Below, one piece after another: positions 20,274 through 29,149 of a stretch of DNA of 29,149 nucleotides. Position numbers and translations under genes: made by a program. Each line of letters starts with the position of its first letter. The stretch's first letter is position 1. Location: positions 1 through 29,149 of the forward strand of contig NIVC01004993.1 in assembly GCA_002269645.1 (NCBI GenBank), given 5' to 3'. The notes under the pieces are model-generated. The model had not been told where the DNA came from and ran no database searches. It was given only the letters and a program-made list of their open reading frames with translations. This DNA comes from Macrostomum lignano (lineage: Eukaryota).

Positions 20274-20392
20274 GTGAGCAAAGCTTCCAATACCAGACTG
20301 AGGAGTCACCTGGCTGTTTCTACTGAGTCTGACTGAGTAATGTTTTTGTGACAGTCAGAGTTCCGTTGTTAAAATGGCATTTTCCATCCCAG

Positions 20393-20783
20393 GTGTGCGG
20401 CTCCCACCCGGACCAGCTGGCCCGCCTCGCCCAGCTGTTGCGAGACCGCGCGCCCCACCTGGACTTCGTGGACCTGAACTGCGGCTGCCCCATCGATCTC
20501 GTGTACCAGCGCGGCATGGGCGCCGGGATGTTGACCCAGCCGAAGCGACTGGAGACCTCCGTGTCCTGCATGGCCGAGCTGCTCAACTGCCCGCTGACTG
20601 TCAAAGTGCGAACCGGGGTGCGGGAAGGCGTTAATGTGGCGCACGAGCTGCTGCCAAGGCTGCGGGCAGCCGGCGCCGCCGCTGTCACGATCCACGGCAG
20701 GTCGAGGGAGCAGCGCTACAGGAGGCTGGCCGACTGGGACTACATTGGCCGCTGCACGGCCGCTGCCAAGGCCGCCTTGCAAG
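20393..20783 (+). CDS. DUS3L: DUS3L exon 3 of 4
   Basis: Acceptor CCATCCCAG|GTG. Reads DFVDLNCGCPID (catalytic Cys), PLTVKVRTG and TIHGRSREQRYRRLADW. Donor G|GTGGGT at 20784, phase 1. Confidence 0.92.
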
Positions 20784-20932
20784 GTGGGTTTGTTGGAGAC
20801 GAGATCCCAGTATGCATTTGCTAAATGCAATGGGAAATCCCATGATACCCTCTCCAGTGTTGGTGAATGCGAAAGCCTGCCTTGTTGCTGACCTATGGAA
20901 CCCAAAATACCACCTCTGCTGCTGGCTGCCGG

Positions 20933-21521
20933 CCAGTCAGTACAGGAGAATTCTAATTGGTAGGGTTTCCCATCTCTTCTATCCAGTCAGTGCAGGGGAA
21001 TCCAATATGGTGGGGTTTCTCATCTCTTCTATCCAGTCAGTGCAGGGGAATCCAATATGGTGGGGTTTCCCATCTCTTCTATCCAGTCAGTGCAGGGGAA
21101 TCCAATATGGTGGGGTTTCTCATCTCTACTATCCAGTCAGTGCAGGGGAATTCTATACAGTGGGGTTTCCCATCTCTTCTATCCAGTCAGTGCAGGGGAA
21201 TCCAATATGGTGGGGTTTCCCATCTCTTCTATGCAGTCAGTGCAGGGGAATCCAATATGGTGGAGTTTCCCATCTCTTCTATCCAGTCAGTGCAGGGGAA
21301 TCCAATATGGTGGAGTTTCCCATCTCTTCTATCCAGTCAGTTTAGGGGAATTCTACACAGTTGGGTTTCCCATCTCTTCTATCCTGTCACTGCAGGGAAA
21401 TTCTATACAGTGGGGTTTCCCATCTCTTCTATCCTGTCAGTGCAGGGAAATTCTATACAGTGGGGTTTCCCATCTCTTCTACCCATTCAGTGCAGGGGAA
21501 TTCTATATGGTGAAGTTTCCC
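20933..21521 (+). repeat. 50-bp minisatellite, ~11-12 copies, in DUS3L intron 3
   Basis: Unit GGTTTCCCATCTCTTCTATCCAGTCAGTGCAGGGGAATCCAATATGGTGG, with a TTCTATACAG variant subtype. Confidence 0.97.
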
Positions 21522-21712
21522 GTGTTGATTCTAGATTTGAATTTCGCAGCTAACTTAAGCTGTAAATTTACTTATAGCTTAATAAATTACACTGTAGGAT
21601 TATAGAACTGTGATATTGTAGTATAAAGTTAATTAACATAGACATCTCTGACGTACTGAACGTAATATTAAAGAGTTTTGCGCTTAAATCTTCAAACTCT
21701 TCTCGAACCCAG

Positions 21713-22215
21713 ATGGCAGCGCCGCAGCTGACGACGACGACTTCTTTGTGATCGGCAACGGCGACGTGTTCAGCCCAGCGGACCTGGAGGCCGCCCTGGC
21801 CACCGGGGTCGACGCCGTGATGGTCGCCAGAGGTGCCCTAGTCAAGCCCTGGCTGTTCACCGAGCTGCGCGACGGCCGGCTATGGGACATCAGCAGCTCG
21901 GAGAGGATGGACCTGCTGCGCCGATACGTCAACTACGGCCTGCTGCACTGGGGCAGCGACGCCAAGGGGGTGGAGACGGTGCGCCGCTTCTTTCTGGAGT
22001 GGCAGTCCTTCCTGTGCCGCTACGTGCCCCTGGGCCTGCTGGAGCGGCCACCGCAGCGCAGCAACGAGCGGCCGCCGGCCTATTTCGGACGGGACGATCT
22101 CGAGACCCTCATGGCCAGCCAGCGCAGCGAGGACTGGGTCCGCCTGTCCGCCATGCTGCTGGGCCCGCCGCCTCCTGGTTTCACTTTCACGCCAAAGCAC
22201 AAGGCCAGCGGTTGA
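21713..22215 (+). CDS. DUS3L: DUS3L exon 4 of 4
   Basis: Acceptor GAACCCAG|AT matches phase 1. Reads VIGNGDVFS, VMVARGALVKPWLFTEL, DISSSERMD, HWGSD, YFGRDDLETLMAS and FTPKHKASG*. The full model is ~682 aa after frameshift correction. Confidence 0.95.
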
Positions 22216-22242
22216 ACTTTTGAGCGCAAAACTGTGCATTTG

Positions 22243-22248
22243 AATAAA
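22243..22248 (+). promoter_or_regulatory. Polyadenylation signal of DUS3L
   Basis: AATAAA 28 nt after the stop codon. Confidence 0.6.
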
Positions 22249-22585
22249 TTTTACTGTTTGGAGGCCGGAATTAGCAAGTTGATATGATTTCTCAAAATTG
22301 GAATTGCTCCAGCTGTTTAAATTCGATTTCCGGTTTATTATCATGCAAGGTGTTGGATAATTGAGTTCACCATTTCTTCATTAAACTAATCAACAACTTA
22401 CTGAATTCTGTCTGCGTATAAACAGAATTTCAATTTTATTGCTGCATTCTGTATTTTATTTGAATTGAATAAATCACCTTTTGCCTACAGGAGTTGTGAA
22501 CTTTTGGTTTTGGCGTTTGTTTCTGATTTTATTAAAACACGAGTTCCTTCACGCGGCTGCTATGACTCTACAGTCTTTCGGTGAG

Positions 22586-22667
22586 AGCCGCTGTTCCCTC
22601 AGGTCCATTGGTCAGAGTTGCTGTCCCCTCAGGTCCATTGGTCAGAGCGCTGTGTCTCCAGGTCCAT
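22586..22667 (+). repeat. 30-bp tandem repeat, ~2.6 copies
   Basis: CTGT(T/C)CCCTCAGGTCCATTGGTCAGAG at 22591 and 22621, with a degenerate partial copy at 22650. Confidence 0.85.
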
Positions 22668-22768
22668 CCCCTTGAGTCTATGGAATTCTACAGCAGTTTT
22701 GATTAGCCAGCTCTGCTCATCGCAAAGCTTCCATTTTTCTGGCAGCTGAGACTTGCCGGCAGCTCACA

Positions 22769-22909
22769 ATGTCCGACTGGGCCAAAGAGATGGAGGAGGC
22801 TGAGCAGCTTGAATACCAGCTGCCGCCGCCGGTCATGGAGTACAACAAGGACAAGTCGATCAAGCGAGAGATCAGCTATCAGCGCGATGAGAACGGCAAT
22901 CTGTTTAAG
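22769..22909 (+). CDS. EIF3G: Eukaryotic translation initiation factor 3 subunit G, exon 1 of 3
   Basis: MSDWAKEMEE...LPPP...KREISYQRDENGNLFK, absent from the ORF track because it is under 60 aa. Donor AAG|GTTGGT at 22910, phase 0. Confidence 0.85.
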
Positions 22910-23021
22910 GTTGGTTTGAACTTACCGTTTAATTAGGTTGTTCCTGTTCCTAGTCCCTAGTTTGTAAAATGCTCGACTCTCAAAAACAATCCCACCACCC
23001 CTCTTAATCGCTAATTTCCAG

Positions 23022-23329
23022 GTGAGCTCCGAGCTGCAGGTGGAGGTTCGCAAGCTCAGCAAGAGCATCGCCCGCCGCAAAGAGTGGAAGAAATTTGGCG
23101 CCGCCGAGTCGGACGGCCCCGGCCCGAACTCGGCCAACACCTACCCGGCGGAGGAGGTCTTCCTGCAGTTCGTCAGCGGCCGGCCAGAGGACGAGGCCGA
23201 GAAGCAGGCGGACGAGCTGGTCAGCAAGATGCCCAAAAACGTCGCCACCTGTCGCATCTGCAGGGGACGCACTTCACTACCAGGTGTCCGTTCAAGGACC
23301 GCCAGGATTCACTGGATGTGGACGAACAG
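23022..23329 (+). CDS. EIF3G: eIF3g exon 2 of 3 (zinc knuckle; frameshift at 23263-23266)
   Basis: Reads IARRKEWKKFGAAESDGPGPNSANT and EEVFLQF. CRIC and HFTTRCPFK lie in different frames and one extra G in GGGG fuses them. Donor CAG|GTAATT at 23330. Confidence 0.92.
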
Positions 23330-23443
23330 GTAATTGATTAATGTACGCTCGTACAAACCTCTTGGCCTGGTAAAAGTACATTTAAGTCTGACGGGATTGC
23401 TAAGTGCACCCAATGCAAACAGTCCCCTCCCTGCGCCGCCCAG

Positions 23444-23887
23444 GCCATGCCGATTGCGGACACTTCGAACGCTTCTGCCGCTAGTGCGGCAGCTGCCAAC
23501 GGCGGCGTGGGCAGCTCCAACGCTGGCATCCCGATATTTAAAGAGGCCGGTGGGAAGTACGTCCCACCTGGCCTGCGGCAGGCAGCGGCCTCTGGCGTCG
23601 GCAGCCCAGTCGGCGCGGACAAGCGGCGGGATGATCAGCCAACCATCCGGGTGACGAACCTACCAGAAGACACCACCGAGGAGGACCTGGGCCATCTGTT
23701 CAACCCGTTCGGCAAAATCCAGCGGATTTTCCTGGCCAAGGACAAACAGACCATGGCCAGCAAGGGATTCGCCTTCATCACCTACCAGCGGAAGGAGGAC
23801 GCCCAGAAGGCTATTTTTGGGGTCTCCGGATTCGGCTATGGCCATCTCATCCTCAAGGTGGATTGGGCCAAGCCCTCTAACGATTGA
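23444..23887 (+). CDS. EIF3G: eIF3g exon 3 of 3 (RRM)
   Basis: Acceptor CCGCCCAG|GCC. Reads GKYVPPGLR, TIRVTNLPEDT, SKGFAFITY and GYGHLILKVDWAKPS*. The full model is ~297 aa. Confidence 0.95.
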   Translation, partial: AMPIADTSNASAASAAAANGGVGSSNAGIPIFKEAGGKYVPPGLRQAAASGVGSPVGADKRRDDQPTIRVTNLPEDTTEEDLGHLFNPFGKIQRIFLAKDKQTMASKGFAFITYQRKEDAQKAIFGVSGFGYGHLILKVDWAKPSND

Positions 23888-25416
23888 TGCGGACATTTAA
23901 TTCTGTTCGTTAATCTATTGTCAGCTGAAACCAGAAACACTGCTACTTGCAGTAGGCAGTATTGCTTGTCAGCGTTCGCTTCTTTTTTGAACATGCTTAT
24001 AAAAGCTTTATTAATTCGTATCATTCGTTCGCAGAGTTGAAATTTTAAGTAAGAATTTAACTGGTATCGGAAGCCCTCGGCAGCCGCAAGGAAGTGCATT
24101 ATTATTTAGCACTGATTGAATTGCCAATCGAAATCCAATTTTAGAAATATACATTTTCAATCGATGAGTACAATTATTTAATCATGTTGTAGCTGGCAAT
24201 GCTTGTTATGGTGACAGTCGAAGCAAAAAATAGCATCTTTAAATATTTTCAGTATTTTTTATAAAAGTTAACGCTGGTTATTTGGAGCAAAATGCTTCAT
24301 TCTAGCCTCGTTAAATCCGCACAGAACGTTGATTTGTCCTCAGATACGGCCTTATGCTGTAAAGCTTCTCACTTTGTTCAAATAACTCAACAAGCAAACA
24401 ATCAAATAACTAACAAATCAATCAGTCAAGGCATTTTTATCTGCAAAATCAGCACGAAGATGTTCTTGCTTGCGTTTCTCGCAACAGTATGGCTTTCAAG
24501 TTTATTCGTTTAATTTAAAAAATAATGTTTCCATGGCAACGAACTGCATTTGAACTTGTTGCAAACAGCTTTGCTAAAAGAGAAACCGTGAACGAAGCTG
24601 ACTAAAAGCAATTAAATAAAATGTTGGTTAATATAATCAGTTCGAGCGCACAGTACTCGATCAAATTAAAGTTTGGATTGTTATTTATCATCAATAGTCG
24701 TAAGGATTACATTACAAAATATATTGGATTAGTTGCAGCACAGTTCGGATTAACAGTCAGATTAAGCGTCATTTCGGACGTCGATTCAATAGGCATTGTG
24801 TTGCGCTAACGTAACTCAATTCTACTGGGCCGTCATTAATAATTCACTATTAGCGAGTGAGGTGCGCATTGAGTCAAAGCAAGCCACGCGAGCCCCATGC
24901 AGCAGCCCATAGCAACGGACTTGATTACCTGGGATTCCAAGGCTTCGGGATAATAGTCAAGGTAAAACTGACTACAGGTAGAATGCAGCCCTATAAATGA
25001 TGCCTCAAATGCTATATTCTATAATATATTGTGACAGCCCCATTGGATCAATCGGTGATTGGCCAGATGAATGTAAGCAATTTAAGCAATGTACGCGTGA
25101 ATATTTCTGTTGCTATAGGCTGCTGCTGCTGAAGAGGCGGGACGAACCATCAAATTCGACAAAATTCGGGCTAATAAATAACAAGCTAACAGGCGACTGC
25201 AGCTTTCAAGTAATTATTTGATTCAGACACAAAAAGAAGAGACATGTCACATGACATGCAGGAGTATTACTTTATATACGTCTATAATTCGTTTTCAAGT
25301 TAAGAAAAATTTAATTAATAAGAAATTAATGCGCTCGAAAAGCAGTCATTCTTCATTCCATTTTGATTACGCAGACGCTTTAACATTAGATTCCTACCTG
25401 TGCAGAGGGCTGCTGC

Positions 25417-25592
25417 TCACACTCCATCGCCGGTGGGCCCGAAGTCTGCACCACCGCCGTTCCCGCCGCTGTTGGCGGCCGTCATCGAGCTGTCACTCAT
25501 CTTGTCGCTGCCAATGAACGACAGCAGCGAATCATCGAAGTGAAACGTGGAGCTAAAGGCCAGGCTGAGGCCACTGATGTCAGCTTCGATGT
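25417..25592 (-). CDS. Bicaudal-C-like KH protein, probable exon 2 (Ser/Gly-rich low complexity); 3' end uncertain
   Basis: Strong acceptor TTCTTCATGGCTCTTTCAG|AC at 25593/25592 is phase-compatible with donor A|GTAAGC at 25937. GC-rich codons. Further donors (GT|GTGAGC near the stop and CAG|GTAGGA at ~25398) suggest additional exons are possible. Confidence 0.55.
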
Positions 25593-25937
25593 CTGAAAGA
25601 GCCATGAAGAATGTTGGAGGTTAATTTCTTAAGATTTTGCTGATAATGTGCATCACGTTTAAAAAAAAAACAAGGTTTTATTCGGACTCTAATTATATTT
25701 TAATGTACTCAGGGCGCCATCCACTTTCAATTCATGACTCATGCATCTGCATCATTCGAACTTCAGAATTCACTCGTATGCATGGATTATTAGACTTTTA
25801 GTCATTTACACTCGTACTAATGTATCCCACTGGCGATTGCAGATAATAATAAAAAATAATAACAATAATAAGTCATAAGTGTATAATTATAAATTTAACA
25901 TTTAATTATTTCAAATCCAATAAAAATCACAGCTTAC

Positions 25938-27048
25938 TGTTAACGAGGCTGTTTTTGGTCTGCTTCTGTGGTTCAGATTCCTCCAGCTCGGCGAAAGTCC
26001 TTGGAGAGCCAACTGACCACACGGAGTGAATGTTCACCCGAGCCAAAAAGCCCATCGGATCTTCAAGGCTTAGCAACCATCGTACATCAAAGAGTGCCGC
26101 AAAGTTGGCCTCGTGTGTCTCCAGAACGATCCGGCCGCAGTTGGAGCCGGAGCCAATGCGCACTCCGTAGAGTCTTTGCACTTTGGCTAGAACCTGAGCG
26201 TTGGTAATGTTGCAGCTCAGAGTCAGAGAATTCGGTAGAACCAGACTCAATGGAAGTGCTTGAATCAGCCGCTGTTTGACTTCTAGTACGCGAGTTGCAT
26301 CCTGTCCTTGAAGGCTAATAATTTCTCCGTTGTGGAACTGCGGCATCACTCCGACCGTGCATAAGAAGCTAGCAAAAGCAGCCTCGGGAGCCGTATCGCT
26401 GGGCAAATTGAAATCCTTGATCACTTGAGTACTGGCCACGAGAATGAGGTCCCGCCAGTGCACGCTAGGCAGGCACAATGTATTGTAGACTGCGGATGGA
26501 AAAACTTTCTGCACTTCAGTGGTCACTTGAATTACCTCAGATGATTGTCTCATGGTTCCGCGCACTGCGATTATTGTGTAGTCAGAATGCTGCTGACTTG
26601 ACAACAAGATCTTTTGGCTGAGAGCCTGTTGAGAAAGCATGCACATTTTCTGGACTTTAGAGTAATCCATACGCCAGGTTGTACTCGGCACAAAGAGACG
26701 GTAGATAAGAAGCTGGTTTTGTCGAATGAGCTTGCGGCAGGTAAAAAACTGGTGCACCAGTTGCTCCTCGCTGGCCCATGGCTCGGTCTTCATTAAAGCA
26801 TCAGCGGGGTATAGAAGTACTTCGTCTTCAGTTCGCGAACCCGTTTTGTGCAACTCTGGAGATGCTACTCGCTCAGGAAAGTGAACCCGAGTATTGGTTC
26901 TCGTTTGCAGAAGCTTGTGCGATTGGCCACCCTTCCCAATCAGATGGCTGTGGTCATCGGCTGCTACGCTAATGCGAAGTGTTGGGCCTCGTTTCATTTT
27001 TAGTTCGTTATCGGATTTACGTGATGATATAACGGTATGAATTGGCAT
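25938..27048 (-). CDS. Bicaudal-C-like KH-domain RNA-binding protein, exon 1
   Basis: HSHLIGKGG...TRVHFPE, RKLIRQNQLLIYRLFVP, IAVRG, ISLQG...LIQALPLSL and IVLETHEANFAALFDVRWLLSLE follow the order of BicC KH and KH-like motifs as I recall them; not database-checked. If unspliced, the ORF ends at 25927 (373 aa). Confidence 0.75.
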
Positions 27049-27139
27049 AAATTGGATTCTACTGGTGCCGGCTCCATTCTCAGCCTCGCGAAGCGTCTGA
27101 TTTTAAGTAGTGATATCACGCCCTTTTTCCATTCAAGCC

Positions 27140-27223
27140 ATTGGTCGCCTTTGATTGGCTGGGAAACATTAGAATGAGTTGGCAAACTTCAAAAGTTTAG
27201 TTGGCTAGAAGATTTCTGATTGG
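27140..27223 (-). promoter_or_regulatory. CCAAT-box cluster upstream of the BicC-like gene
   Basis: ATTGG on + at 27140, 27154 and 27219, and GTTGG at 27178 and 27200, 90-175 nt upstream of the ATG at 27048. Confidence 0.35.
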
Positions 27224-28930
27224 TCGAGATCCGAGGGACCCACTGAGGGAATTTACGAGCTAATTCAGCCTCAATCCCCTGACCCCTGGGTGGCAATACC
27301 AACAGCCTGTAAACAAACTCGAGATTTTTCGAGAATTGTTCAGATTTTTAAGCAATATTACGAGCTATTGCATTACATTTTGTTCTTTTAGATTATAATA
27401 CGAGCGCGTACCTTTGTCCTTTACATTACATATTAAAACACTGAATTCGAACCGAAAATTGCGAGATGTAGCTTGAATTAAAAAAAACTGTGAGTTGAAT
27501 GGGTTTGGTGGTGTTGCTGTTGCGTTACCCATCGGTGGATCGTTTTCATATTTTAATTTTAAAAAGATACAGTGAATATTTCTTCATTTTACAACAAAAC
27601 GCTTACAGTTGGGGGACACTCGCTTGGAGCCCCATTCATTCATCCCATTGAACTAATTTTACGTAAATAGAGTTAGCTTTTAGACATGCAGCTCCTAAGA
27701 CAGAAATTTCTTTCTGTGCGTCAGAGTCAGCAGTTAGTAAATGACCAAAATACCCTTGAACCTTTGGCTCTGACTGCTGTTTGCCAACTTTGCCTATGTC
27801 TTGTTAAATATATGTATCTGTATCAGGTAGGCAACAACAATTAACAGAGCTCTTCTTTGAATGTAGTTTCTGATGAAAACTAGTGAAAGTGAAGTGAAGC
27901 AGCTGATTTTTTTGAATCAATTTAATGGCTTCATATTCGCATACCCTTCGTAATTTCGTTCGACAGCTATTCTAATTTTAACCATGGAAATCTGCAGATA
28001 TGAACCTGCAGATAAGATAATATTTGAGATAACTAATTTGATTCATTTACGTTATAATTGGCCTTTTATAGGTGCAATCAAATCCATTAAAGGCATTAAA
28101 GGCTAATTCAAGCTGGAAATGTGCCTCAATAAGGTCATAGAATTCCATCGCTTTAATTCGGCGTAATAAAGGGATTAGTAAAGTTCAACTAAGTTGATTA
28201 AAAGTTATCAGGCTAGTATTGGCTTTAATTTCACACCCCGGCGGCTCCATTTTAGTTACATAAGAGCAATTCTCGCAGTCGCAGACGCCGTAAATTGGGT
28301 CATTAAACTTGCACGAGCGCGAACGCACTTATTTGGGGGGTGGGGCCAGGCAATAGCGGGTGTGAGAAAACTCCGCCTTTTCATTGGTCAAGGCTTTAAA
28401 ACTCGTGTGAAACAACTTGATTTGTTGACCTCCTGGACAAGAACAAGATAAATCAGACTGCAGTCATTAAACCGAAACCAAAATGGTTAAAGAGTCCCCC
28501 CCTCTCATCGGGTCTGGTGAACTTTTAAACGTCTTGTTTTTAACAGGCAAGGCTGCGCTGGATAAGTCAATTCAACACAGCGAGCCGGCCAATGGGGTGG
28601 AGTTTTGAATTGGGATAGCTAAATTAATTTAATTGTTATTCAACCAAACAAATTAATTGCAAATGCATTTCTATTGGCCTAATTAGCTTTCTGCTGTTCT
28701 GATTAAGTTGTAAAAACACGAGTCCCGGGAAAATCGATTGTAAATTATAGGCTAGACGAAGGGTGGAAATAAGAATAGCTTAAAAACTTGACGTCTATAG
28801 CCGTTCAGGTCAGTCTCACTCGGTCTCACAGCATCTGGGCTCGGAAAATAATGAAAAAGGATAAAATTCCAACAGTTCTAATTCTAAGCAGTCGAATACA
28901 GATGGCTTTTGGAGAGTCAAGTCTGTCAAG

Positions 28931-29126
28931 CAGTGGCGCAACCAGGGGAGGGGGGCGGGGGGCGGGGGGGGGCGGTCGCCCCCCCCTTATGCGGAGACCC
29001 AGAAAAAATTGAAGGGGGACCAAGCGAATTTTCGCCAAAAACAGAGCCTCCCCTCCGCCCCCCCCTCACGGGACTTTACCTTCCAGAATCCGCCCCCCCT
29101 AAAAAAAATTTCTGGATGCGCTACTG
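28931..29126. mobile_element. Short hAT-type MITE, 196 bp
   Basis: 15-bp TIR CAGT(G/A)GCGCA(A/T)CCAG with 2 mismatches. 8-bp TSD CTGTCAAG (28923-28930) / CTTTCAAG (29127-29134), 7/8 identical. G-run/C-run-rich interior. Confidence 0.85.
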
Positions 29127-29149
29127 CTTTCAAGACATTTAGTTTAATG

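Noticed and set aside
20812-21605. Three 177-198 aa ORFs with repeated GFPSLLSSQCRG peptides
   Set aside because: They are translations of the 50-bp minisatellite within DUS3L intron 3.
7149-23266. Programmed ribosomal frameshifting as a shared mechanism for the three broken genes
   Set aside because: There is no common slippery heptamer or downstream structure, orthologues of eIF3g and DUS3L are not known to be recoded, and homopolymer deletion error is more parsimonious.
25417-25605. Stand-alone 62-aa gene starting MALSDIEAD
   Set aside because: The ATG sits inside the pyrimidine tract of a phase-compatible acceptor, so it is better explained as exon 2 of the BicC-like gene.

Overview
This window is animal (metazoan, probably invertebrate) genomic DNA, not prokaryotic: mostly GC-rich exons in AT-rich, repeat-laden introns and spacers. 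I reconstructed six protein-coding genes by hand from splice sites and phases. (1) A 3-exon GT32/DXD glycosyltransferase of Sur1/Och1 type (+, 3230-5453). (2) A DEG/ENaC channel (-, 5697-7507). (3) A 3-exon invertebrate claudin (-, 9272-15750). (4) DUS3L (+, 19027-22215). (5) eIF3g (+, 22769-23887). (6) A SAM-less Bicaudal-C-like KH protein (-, 25417-27048). DEG/ENaC, DUS3L and eIF3g each need one extra base in a short G/C run to be in frame, most likely a consensus sequencing error. Non-coding features include three hAT-type MITEs with 8-bp TSDs, several degenerate TIR elements and a tRNA-derived CORE-type SINE whose 5' 43 nt are inverted and whose TSD spans a splice donor. There are also several minisatellites, the largest a 3.1-kb array of 26-bp units with higher-order structure and splice-site-like motifs inside a claudin intron. 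The very long ORFs in the ORF track are repeat artefacts. I found no CRISPR array, rRNA or intact tRNA gene, and no clearly new enzymatic system. The overall style resembles flatworm genomes such as Macrostomum, but that is only an inference.
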